IMG/VR virus record: IMGVR_UViG_3300027815_000011
Coordinates: 1-46,203 of that record
Direction: 5' to 3' (one strand)
Source: a virus
Taxonomy: Duplodnaviria > Caudoviricetes
DNA: 46,203 nucleotides
How positions within the stretch are numbered: position 1 is the stretch's first letter; every line of letters starts with the position of its first letter. The position numbers and the translations under genes are program-made. The notes below the pieces were generated by a model that saw nothing but the letters and a program-made list of their open reading frames with translations, was not told the origin of the DNA and made no database searches. Positions 19,262 through 26,779 of this stretch are shown piece after piece.

Positions 19262-19432
19262 ATGGCGAACAACGAAGCGTACAACCAGCGGCTGCATGAG
19301 GGTGCCGCAGCTCGGGCGCAGCGCATCATCAAACTGCGCGATGCGGGCGCAAGTTGGCCAGCCATCGGCCAGCAGTTCAAGATCACGCGCCAGCGCGCGC
19401 AGCAGTTGTACAAAAAGCACGTCGGCAAATGA
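19262..19432 (+). CDS. small HTH DNA-binding protein (Cro-like/sigma region 4-like)
   Basis: GASWPAIGQQFKITRQRAQQL HTH. Confidence 0.8.
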   Translation: MANNEAYNQRLHEGAAARAQRIIKLRDAGASWPAIGQQFKITRQRAQQLYKKHVGK

Positions 19433-19965
19433 TCCTGGGCCTCGACCCCGGCACCGTGCAATCCGCGTACTGCGCGCTTGCCGGCGGCATCCCGGAAGAA
19501 ACCGCGACCGTGCCGAACGAAACCATGCTCGACATGCTCACGGGTCGACTCGGTGCATGGTTGCCGGCCAGCGATATCCTCGCGCTCGAGATGGTCGCAT
19601 CCTACGGGATGCCGGTCGGGAAAGACGTTTTTGACACCGTGCGATGGATCGGGCGCTTCGAGCAGGCATGGGCGCACCGCGGCGGCATCGTCACGCTCGT
19701 GTACCGCCGGGAGGTCAAGCTGTTCCATTGCGAGACCAGCAAGGCGAACGATGCCAGCATCCGCGCGGCGCTGCTTGACCGCTACGGCCCGGGGCGCGCG
19801 CTGGCGATCGGCACCAAGGCGGCGCCGGGACCCTGCTACGGCATCCGCAAAGATGAGTGGTCGGCCCTCGCGGTCGCTTTGACGGCGGAAGGTAATCCGG
19901 TCGCACCGGCGCTCTTTTGTGGACCACCAGCAGCACAGCAGCAACCCGACTCAAAACCGTTTTAA
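19429..19965 (+). CDS. RuvC-like Holliday junction resolvase
   Basis: MILGLDPG, LALE, DEWSALAVA acidic motifs. Confidence 0.8.
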   Translation: MILGLDPGTVQSAYCALAGGIPEETATVPNETMLDMLTGRLGAWLPASDILALEMVASYGMPVGKDVFDTVRWIGRFEQAWAHRGGIVTLVYRREVKLFHCETSKANDASIRAALLDRYGPGRALAIGTKAAPGPCYGIRKDEWSALAVALTAEGNPVAPALFCGPPAAQQQPDSKPF

Positions 19966-19976
19966 CCGGAGGATTC

Positions 19977-20285
19977 ATGGACACAGGCCAGCAGCAAGAA
20001 ATTAACACGGGCACCAAAGCACGCGGTCGCAAGGATCAAGGGCAAGAGCAGGTAATCAAGCTCGAATCGTTGGTAACGCGCATGCCCGAACTCATCAAGC
20101 TGCACAACGATGCGGAAAGCGCCGCGACCGATTTCAAGGAAGCGGTAAAGACCGCCGCCGAAGTGTCCGGCTTGAACGCATCGACGGTCAGCACGTACGT
20201 CAAAGCGCGCGCCGGCGACAAGTTCGACGAGAAAAAAGACAAGGTTATGCAGCTCGCGCTCGTGTTCGAGGAAGTCGCGCCGTAG
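19977..20285 (+). CDS. GapR/T4 DsbA-like dsDNA-binding protein
   Basis: GGAGG RBS; helical pattern DFKEAVKTAAEVSGLNASTVSTYVKAR. Confidence 0.55.
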   Translation: MDTGQQQEINTGTKARGRKDQGQEQVIKLESLVTRMPELIKLHNDAESAATDFKEAVKTAAEVSGLNASTVSTYVKARAGDKFDEKKDKVMQLALVFEEVAP

Positions 20286-20467
20286 TCACCGGCACAGCAG
20301 CCGCACGATTCCCTGTCGTGCGCGCTGCAGGACAATGGCGCACGCGCCCGCGCAGCGATCTAGCCCGACCTGGGCATTGGTCAGCAGCCTGAGCGTCAGC
20401 GTGAGAGCGTAGCGGCCCAGCCAGCCGTTGCGGTATGGCTTCCTGGCATGGTCCCTCATCTGGTATT

Positions 20468-20998
20468 TCATGCCGCCTTGGTCGCGCACAAAGCCAGCAG
20501 CGCGTTCTTGTTCTCGCGCCAGAATTTCAACGCGCCTCGATCCATCGCAACGATGCGCGCGTCATCGAATGATGCCCAATCTGCAAATGTGTGTAATTCG
20601 CAACCGATCTGTAAGCGAGTTTCGGAAATACACACCGGCCATCGAAGCCCGAAGAGTGAGAGCGGATGGGTTGATAGTTTTTCGCCGCGCCACACGCCGC
20701 CGCGCCACTCGCCGCCGCACCACACGCCGTCGCACCACTCGCCGCCGCGCCACTCGCCGCCGCGCCACACGCCGCCGCGCCACACGCCGTCGCACCACAC
20801 GCCGTCGCACCACACGCCGTCGCACCACACGCCGCCGCGCCACTCGCCGCCGCACCACTCGCCGCCGCGCCACACGCCGTCCCACCACACGCCGTCGCAC
20901 CATTGAATAATATCGCCGTTCAAAACTACGTCAGCGTTCAGCGTGTCCGCGTCAAGCAGCCACTGCGGTGCGTTTTTCAGTTCGGATATTTTCATCAT
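20468..20998 (-). CDS. W-x-[GD]-G-[VE] pentapeptide-repeat protein with a conserved phage C-terminal domain
   Basis: About 14 repeats, then LFGLRWPVCI...IGCELH...W...ALKFWRENK; GAGG RBS. Confidence 0.75.
   Translation of the reverse strand: MMKISELKNAPQWLLDADTLNADVVLNGDIIQWCDGVWWDGVWRGGEWCGGEWRGGVWCDGVWCDGVWCDGVWRGGVWRGGEWRGGEWCDGVWCGGEWRGGVWRGEKLSTHPLSLFGLRWPVCISETRLQIGCELHTFADWASFDDARIVAMDRGALKFWRENKNALLALCATKAA
20686..20902. repeat. 15-bp tandem repeat, about 14 copies
   Basis: Units such as CACACGCCGCCGCGC, CACTCGCCGCCGCAC, CACACGCCGTCGCAC. Confidence 0.95.
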
Positions 20999-21068
20999 TT
21001 CCTCTTTTCAGATCAGCGGCAAATCCGCCGTTGCTGCCCTCTCACCGAAAGGGCAGCGGCTGCGGGGG

Positions 21069-21581
21069 TTACAGCAATCCACGCTCGGCGAATGACAGCA
21101 CGCCGGAACCTGCGACTATGAAATGATCCAAGACCCGGACGTCGACCAAGGCAAGCGCCTGTTTGAGTGCTTGCGTTAGCGTTTCGTCAGCATGTGGCGG
21201 TTCCGCTACTCCGCTCGGGTGATTGTGCGCGAAGATCACGGCGCCGCAGTTATGGAACAGCGCACGCTTGACCACTTCGCGCGGGTAGACGCTGGTCTGT
21301 GTGAGCGTGCCTCGGAATATTTCCTCCGCTTCTATCATCCGGTTTTGAGCGTCGAGAAATAGGCAAAAGAATACCTCATGTTCCAGTGGCGACAGCAACA
21401 GGCGCAAGTATTCGCGCACGGCAGCCGGAGAGTTAAGAGCGCCTTTGCGCTGTCCCAGTGTTTTGTTCAGGCAGTCAATCGCGGCACTAATCAGCGCCGC
21501 ATCTTCGCCATAGTGCGCCTTGATCTGGCGCGCGGTTTCGGGTGATATGCTCAATACGGTTTTCATGATGTCATTCTCCAT
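21069..21581 (-). CDS. radC: RadC-like JAB-domain protein
   Basis: [32 protein letters not shown]. Confidence 0.9.
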   Translation of the reverse strand: MENDIMKTVLSISPETARQIKAHYGEDAALISAAIDCLNKTLGQRKGALNSPAAVREYLRLLLSPLEHEVFFCLFLDAQNRMIEAEEIFRGTLTQTSVYPREVVKRALFHNCGAVIFAHNHPSGVAEPPHADETLTQALKQALALVDVRVLDHFIVAGSGVLSFAERGLL

Positions 21582-21662
21582 TTTCGCAGATACGGCAATC
21601 CGTGCCGCGCGGTTAATCCTCAGACCACAATCCGCGATGCGCTGCGGACTGCGGTATCAGGA

Positions 21663-21851
21663 CTACGCTTCTAGGTGCGCCAGGAGCCGCCCATCGGACT
21701 CGAAAAAATCAATGTATCCGCGATACGTGATTGTGAACGAGCCGTCCGTGTCGGTTTCAAGCAACGCGTTAGGATCGACCATTTGCGCGCGGTCAATTGC
21801 ATATTGCATACGCTCGGCTTTTATTTCGGCTGCTCTTCGGTTAGATTCCAT
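21663..21851 (-). CDS. hypothetical early protein
   Basis: GAGG RBS before ATG 21851. Confidence 0.55.
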   Translation of the reverse strand: MESNRRAAEIKAERMQYAIDRAQMVDPNALLETDTDGSFTITYRGYIDFFESDGRLLAHLEA

Positions 21852-21903
21852 TTGTATCCTCACTTTTGCAGAGTTGAGTTACGCGAGACCGTCGCGCGGC
21901 GGG

Positions 21904-22128
21904 TTAATCGTTAAGCCAACGGAAGCCTGGCAAACATTCAACCTGCGCGAATAGACGCGCCGATGCGGTATACATGCGCTTTACATCGTTCAGGTAGTAA
22001 GCGCGGTCTAGCAAACTTAAGGCGGCAACAGGCGCATCACATTCGCACACATCGTTGCGCTCTTCGTAAGGTTTGCCGTAGTTATGCACGTTCACAACCT
22101 TGTTTCCGACTACCATCATCTTTCCCAT
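21904..22128 (-). CDS. hypothetical early protein
   Basis: AAAGGG RBS; MGKMMVVGNKVVNVHNYG. Confidence 0.5.
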   Translation of the reverse strand: MGKMMVVGNKVVNVHNYGKPYEERNDVCECDAPVAALSLLDRAYYLNDVKRMYTASARLFAQVECLPGFRWLND

Positions 22129-22154
22129 AATGCCCTTTCGTTGCGTTGAGAGAG

Positions 22155-22364
22155 TTAGAACGAGCGGCGAGCGTATTGGTAGAGATCCACGAACGGCGTA
22201 AGACCAAGCGGCACGCACACCAGAATACCGAACAGGAACATTTGCCAGTCACGCAAGCCGATCACTTCAAAGCCGATGACCGTGCCGCACAAAACCATGT
22301 AGACAGACAGCAGGCAAGCGGCGAACTCAAGCGCGATTATTTTCAGTTTCGTGACCAAGTTCAT
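22155..22364 (-). CDS. small two-helix membrane protein
   Basis: Two hydrophobic segments; first gene downstream of the sigma-54-type promoter. Confidence 0.55.
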   Translation of the reverse strand: MNLVTKLKIIALEFAACLLSVYMVLCGTVIGFEVIGLRDWQMFLFGILVCVPLGLTPFVDLYQYARRSF

Positions 22365-22413
22365 TTTTGTGTCCCTTCAGGTTATCCGCACAGCGCGGGG
22401 TTACCATATATAG

Positions 22414-22429
22414 AGCAAACAGCATGCCA
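22414..22429 (-). promoter_or_regulatory. sigma-54 (RpoN) -24/-12 promoter
   Basis: Minus strand TGGCATGCTGTTTGCT versus consensus TGGCACG-N4-TTGCW, with exact GG-N10-GC spacing; about 50 nt upstream of the leftward genes. Confidence 0.75.
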
Positions 22430-22571
22430 TACAGCTGTAAACCTGGAATATATCTGACCTCTGCAGCATTGATTATGCGCGAGTGCAAGCGCACGCTAAC
22501 CGATCGACACCAGGCCCAGGGGTGCCGAAATCCCGACGTACGACGAAATCTCGTGTACAAATTCTCGACAC

Positions 22572-22601
22572 TTGACAAGCTCGGAATGCTGGCGCGATAA
22601 T
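22572..22601 (+). promoter_or_regulatory. sigma-70-like promoter
   Basis: TTGACA-18 nt-GATAAT. Confidence 0.6.
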
Positions 22602-23379
22602 CACGGCACTGCATGGCTTCCATGCATAAGCAATACAGGCCGGCGGCAGCTCGCACCTGTCGCCGCGCCTTCACCGTGCGAGGGTGTCCAGTTGCGAATA
22701 ATCCGCAAGCCGTCATCCCATTCCGCCGTCAAGGTGAGCACGCCCTGACGCGCGCATTCATGCACTCGCACGCAAGCCCGGCGGACAGCGGTGACATGGA
22801 ACACGGCGCGCGCCTCGCAGTAGTCGCAGGCCTCGAGCCTCACAAGGCAGATCACCCGGCGGTCACAACAACAGCGTGCGCCATGTTTTGAGAGGGGGAG
22901 GGGGGAGAGCCGTGCGGTCTGACTGCGCCCTTCGAGCAAAGCGAGCAGCCGGAGAGCAACAGCACGACCCGCCCGCCGGCGCCGCGGCAGTCCCGCCGGT
23001 TTCGGCAATCACCCTCCTATAGACAGCGCCGAAGGCGCACGGCCTGACATACTTGCAACAGACAACCTTCTATGGCGCTGTGCCAATATCTCACGTGTTG
23101 AGAGATGCTCTATTCTATCAACGAACAGGCGATTACGTGTCACCCTCTCCCCATCTTCCCTTCGCTCTGTCCGCCTTTCCGCTCCGTTGTCAGTCGTTGT
23201 GCGCTGTCCTTTGCGCGCCTTTCGGTGTGTGCGTTTGGCTATTAATACCAGGGGCTTGGATGTGTCTGGGGTTGTGAGTCCTGAGCGTACTCTGGGACAA
23301 CTTGGGGTGACGGGGGACTGGGGTGGTGGAGAGGGCGAGCCGCCGTTCCAAATATCGACCATACCCACCTATTTTCGCC

Positions 23380-23416
23380 TTGCACTGCGTAGAACATCGT
23401 GCTACATTTGTGCTAC
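23380..23416 (+). promoter_or_regulatory. promoter with a probable autoregulatory operator
   Basis: TTGCAC-17 nt-TACATT overlapped by two GTGCTAC direct repeats and an inverted GTAGAAC, directly upstream of an RHH gene. Confidence 0.6.
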
Positions 23417-23438
23417 GTTCAATCATCAATAGGCAAAG

Positions 23439-23828
23439 ATGAAAACGGCGACATTGCATTTGCGGCTGGGCGAGGAACAAAAACTTGCGTTCGACAAGGC
23501 GGCCGATGAGTTGGGCGTTTCTGTGTCGACGTGGGCGAGGGCTGTGTTGTGGAAGGCGGCAAAAGGCAGCGGGGCGCTTTCACCTGTGCAGAGAACGATC
23601 GTTCGGAAGCGTGCAATGCTCACGGATCTGCCTGCGGACTTCGGCTCGAGCTGGTCGGAGCCGATGCAGGCGTGGCTCGAGCGGCACGCGAACGGGCAGG
23701 TGAAGGCGCACCTGCTGCATTTCGTCGGTTATGCTCGGGCGAACGGCAAGCGTTACGCCGACTGGGAGCAGGCATTCCAGAACGCGGTGCGGGAGGACTG
23801 GGCTGGGGTTCGGAAGGCGGGGTTATGA
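23439..23828 (+). CDS. ribbon-helix-helix protein with a replication-initiator/DnaT-like C-terminus
   Basis: TLHLRL..E...FDKAADELGVSVSTWAR (RHH); C-terminal YADWEQAFQNAVRED. Confidence 0.6.
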   Translation: MKTATLHLRLGEEQKLAFDKAADELGVSVSTWARAVLWKAAKGSGALSPVQRTIVRKRAMLTDLPADFGSSWSEPMQAWLERHANGQVKAHLLHFVGYARANGKRYADWEQAFQNAVREDWAGVRKAGL

Positions 23829-24682
23829 AGCCGTTGGCCATTGACTTGTTCTGCGGACTCGGCGGGTGGACAAATGGCTTGCTTTCCGAGAATTACTACG
23901 TCGTCGGCTTCGACATCGAGCGCCACGATTACGGCACAGGCGGCTATCCGGCGCAGCTCGTCCTGCAATCCGTCCTGACGCTGCACGGCAAGCAATTTCG
24001 CGATGCCGCGCTGATTGTCGCCAGCCCGCCGTGTCAGGAATTCAGTTACATGGCTATGCCGTGGTCGCGCGCCAAAGCAATCGCCGCGGAATACCGCGCC
24101 GGCGTGCGAGACGTGAAGAAGCTGACCGCGCTATTCGACGCCTGCTTTCGCATTCAGCGCGAGGCCATCGAAGCCGCAGGCCACTTTATTCCAATGGTAG
24201 TTGAGAACGTGCGCGGCGCGCAGAAGTGGGTCGGGCGGTCGCGCTGGAATTATGGCTCGTATCATCTTTGGGGCGACGTGCCTGCGCTGATGCCGATGAC
24301 GAAGGCGGTAATGAAGTCCAATCCTGATGGCACGGCTCATCCGCCCGGTTCGTGGTTTGCGATTGCCGACAGCCAAAAACGTGGCTGGCTGTCTCAGGCA
24401 GATGGTGCGCCGATGCGCCGTGATGACCAAAAAGTCCCCGGCTCCCGCTTCGACGGCAGCGGCAAGTCGTTTCAGACGGCGAGCGTCAAAACAGTCGGCT
24501 GCGTCAATCAGGCGGAAAGCGATGCGCTGAAACTTGGCGGCGACTGGTTTAACGATAGGACACCAGGCTGTCATGCAATGTGCGGCAGCAAGAGCAAAGC
24601 CCGCAAAGCCGCATCAGCCGCGATTGCCAAGATACCGTTTGCGCTGGCTAGGCATATTTCACATTACTGGAGGCCGACATGA
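23825..24682 (+). CDS. DNA cytosine-C5 methyltransferase
   Basis: IDLFCGLGG (motif I), ASPPCQEFS (motif IV), VENV (motif VI). Confidence 0.85.
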   Translation: MKPLAIDLFCGLGGWTNGLLSENYYVVGFDIERHDYGTGGYPAQLVLQSVLTLHGKQFRDAALIVASPPCQEFSYMAMPWSRAKAIAAEYRAGVRDVKKLTALFDACFRIQREAIEAAGHFIPMVVENVRGAQKWVGRSRWNYGSYHLWGDVPALMPMTKAVMKSNPDGTAHPPGSWFAIADSQKRGWLSQADGAPMRRDDQKVPGSRFDGSGKSFQTASVKTVGCVNQAESDALKLGGDWFNDRTPGCHAMCGSKSKARKAASAAIAKIPFALARHISHYWRPT

Positions 24683-25023
24683 CCCGCTGCCCGAAGTGCA
24701 AGACGGAGAACCCGCCGCGCGCAAAGGAGTGCGACGGCTGCGGGCTCGTCTTTGCCGACGCGCCGGCGCCAGTTTCCCCAACCGCGTGCGCCTGCGGCAA
24801 GCCCGGCATGATAAAGCGCGAGCACGGCTGGAAGTGCTGGGACTGCTCGGATTCGAGCTTGTTTCGCCGGCCGGGCGCGCAGGCGCGCAATTACCGAGAG
24901 CGGTGGTATTCGGATAACCGGCTACCCTACGAGCCGCCGAATCTGGAGCCGTGCCTCTTTTTCCGGTGCGTCGGCGTGCTGCACGGGCCGGTGGCACGGA
25001 TGCGCGAGCCGGGCGAGGATTGA
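24679..25023 (+). CDS. zinc-ribbon hypothetical protein
   Basis: CPKC, CDGC, CACG, CWDC. Confidence 0.6.
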   Translation: MTRCPKCKTENPPRAKECDGCGLVFADAPAPVSPTACACGKPGMIKREHGWKCWDCSDSSLFRRPGAQARNYRERWYSDNRLPYEPPNLEPCLFFRCVGVLHGPVARMREPGED

Positions 25024-25075
25024 AAATAGTGCGCGCTAACCTATCGGTGTGTTTTCATGTCGGCGTGGAGACTGA

Positions 25076-26110
25076 ATGCGCGCGCTGATAACTGGCATTA
25101 CGGGAATGGTTGGGAGCCATCTTGCGGAATACCTGCTGGCTGCGACCGACTGGGAGATTCACGGCATGTTGCGCTGGCGCTCGCCGCTGGATAACGTGCA
25201 GGAGCTCCTGCCGCTCGTCAATTCTGGCGGTCGTGTGGTGTTTCACTACGCCGACCTGCGGGACGATGCGGCGGTTCGCAAATGCGTTGCCGATTCGCAG
25301 CCCGATTTCGTCTTTCACTTGGCCGCGCAGTCGTATCCGCGCACGTCATTTGATTCGCCGTGCGACACGCTCGAGACGAACGTGCAGGGAACCGTGCGAC
25401 TGCTGGAGGCGATACGCACGCACCCGGGGCGGCTGGTACGCGAAGCCCTGATTCACGTCTGCTCGTCCAGCGAGGTGTACGGACGCGTGCCACGCCACCT
25501 GATCCCGATACGCGAGGACTGCCCGTTTCACCCGGCGTCCCCCTATGCGGTGTCGAAGGCGGGGGCCGACCTGATGGCGCAGCATTATGCGCAGGCTTAC
25601 GGGATGCGGATTATGGTGACGCGGATGTTCACGCATACCGGCCCGCGCCGCGGCGACGTGTTTGCCGAATCCTCGTTCGCCAAGCAGATCGCCATGGCGG
25701 AAGCCGGGCAGATTCCTCCGGTGATCCGGCACGGCAACCTCGATTCGCTGCGAACGATTGCGGACGTTCGTGACGCGGTGCGCGCCTATCACATGTTGCT
25801 CACGGTGGACCCGGTGCCCGGTGCCGTCTACAATATCGGCGGCACGCATACCTGCACGGTAAAAAAAATACTCAAACACCTTGTCAATCTTTCAACGATA
25901 CAGCCTGATAAAAGCGATCCGCTGCCGTGGAGATGGGTTGAAGAAAAAGAGCGACTGCGGCCACTGGATGCCGACCTGCAGGTGCCGGACGTTTCCAAAT
26001 TCACGGCGCACACCGGATGGAAGCCGGAAATACCGTACGCGCAAACCATGTCTGACCTTCTGGACTACTGGAGGGCGCGCGTGAAAACTCAGGCGTTTTT
26101 GACGCGATGA
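25076..26110 (+). CDS. dmhA: GDP-manno-heptose/GDP-mannose 4,6-dehydratase (DmhA-like)
   Basis: ITGITGMVGSH, HLAAQSYPRTSF, HVCSSSEVYG, YAVSK, THTGPRRGDVF..S..AKQIA, RLRPLDAD; the pattern matches the DmhA subfamily as I recall it. Confidence 0.8.
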   Translation: MRALITGITGMVGSHLAEYLLAATDWEIHGMLRWRSPLDNVQELLPLVNSGGRVVFHYADLRDDAAVRKCVADSQPDFVFHLAAQSYPRTSFDSPCDTLETNVQGTVRLLEAIRTHPGRLVREALIHVCSSSEVYGRVPRHLIPIREDCPFHPASPYAVSKAGADLMAQHYAQAYGMRIMVTRMFTHTGPRRGDVFAESSFAKQIAMAEAGQIPPVIRHGNLDSLRTIADVRDAVRAYHMLLTVDPVPGAVYNIGGTHTCTVKKILKHLVNLSTIQPDKSDPLPWRWVEEKERLRPLDADLQVPDVSKFTAHTGWKPEIPYAQTMSDLLDYWRARVKTQAFLTR

Positions 26111-26544
26111 TCGCCCTCGTGAGCGGCGGTTTTGATCCCGTACATGTTGGCCACGTTCGCTATCTAACGGAAGCCTCGAAGCACGGCACCCTGATAGTCG
26201 CGCTGAATTCAGACCAGTGGCTGATGCAAAAAAAATCGTATGTATTTATGCCGTGGGCCGAGCGTTTCGAGATTCTCGCGGCGTTGTCCATGGTGGCGAG
26301 CGTTGTTCCGGTGAACGATCTTGACGGCACCGTGTGCGAAGCGATTGAGCGCGTGCGCCCGGATTTCTTTTGCAACGGCGGCGACCGTACGGAAGGTGAG
26401 CCGCGCGAGCACGCCGCCTGCGCGCGAGTCGGTGCCCGAGAGTTGTTCGGCGTCGGCGGCCACAAGATTCAAAGTTCAAGCGAGCTGGTGAAAGGCCGAC
26501 CGTATCAGGTGTATCACCTTGAATACGACCGCGATCCGCGATGA
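26107..26544 (+). CDS. HIGH-type cytidylyl/adenylyltransferase (TagD/RfaE-II-like)
   Basis: SGGFDPVHVGH, LNSD, NGGDR, KIQSSS. Confidence 0.85.
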   Translation: MIALVSGGFDPVHVGHVRYLTEASKHGTLIVALNSDQWLMQKKSYVFMPWAERFEILAALSMVASVVPVNDLDGTVCEAIERVRPDFFCNGGDRTEGEPREHAACARVGARELFGVGGHKIQSSSELVKGRPYQVYHLEYDRDPR

Positions 26545-26547
26545 ATG

Positions 26548-26576
26548 TTGACATTTATAAATCAGGCTGGCAGACT
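26548..26576 (+). promoter_or_regulatory. sigma-70-like promoter for the tRNA
   Basis: TTGACA-17 nt-CAGACT, ending 7 nt before the tRNA 5' end. Confidence 0.65.
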
Positions 26577-26583
26577 TCAGATT

Positions 26584-26660
26584 CGCGCTGTGGAGCAGCC
26601 CGTCAGCTCGCTGGGCTCATAACCCGGAGGTCGCAGGTTAAAATCCTGCCAGCGCTACCA
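26584..26660 (+). tRNA. initiator tRNA-fMet (CAT)
   Basis: 77-nt cloverleaf: acceptor CGCGCTG/CAGCGCT with C1:U72 mismatch, three G-C pairs flanking the CTCATAA loop, encoded ACCA; atypical D and T loops. Confidence 0.93.
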
Positions 26661-26672
26661 AAAGCAATACCC

Positions 26673-26768
26673 GGGGCTCCGGGCGGCAGTTGTGAATCCA
26701 TAAATGGAACTGCCGTCCGACCCATTCCAGCAGCACCAACTCGTAGGGAATGGGGGCCGATAGCCCCC
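26673..26768 (+). ncRNA. candidate structured RNA (tRNA trailer / kinase leader)
   Basis: Stems 26680-90/26709-19 and 26721-28/26747-54, closing 26673-78/26762-67, alternative 26752-57/26763-68. Confidence 0.4.
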
Positions 26769-26779
26769 TTCGCCTTCCC

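Noticed and set aside
20686-20902. Tandem repeats as a CRISPR array; Arg-rich and His/Pro-rich ORFs over them
   Set aside because: The units are contiguous 15-mers with no spacers and no cas genes; the other ORFs are shadows of the repeat, and only 20468..20998(-) has an RBS and a non-repeat domain.
22613-23368. ORFs 22613..22891(+), 22601..23008(-) and 23009..23368(-) as genes
   Set aside because: No RBS, low-complexity translations and no motifs; a leaderless 22613 ORF cannot be excluded.
26584-26660. tRNA as a prophage attachment site
   Set aside because: No integrase, no duplicated tRNA 3' end and no host genes in the window.
26661-26770. tRNA-associated HDV-like (theta) ribozyme or tmRNA
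   Set aside because: I could not build the nested double pseudoknot or tmRNA ends by eye; kept only as an unassigned structured RNA.
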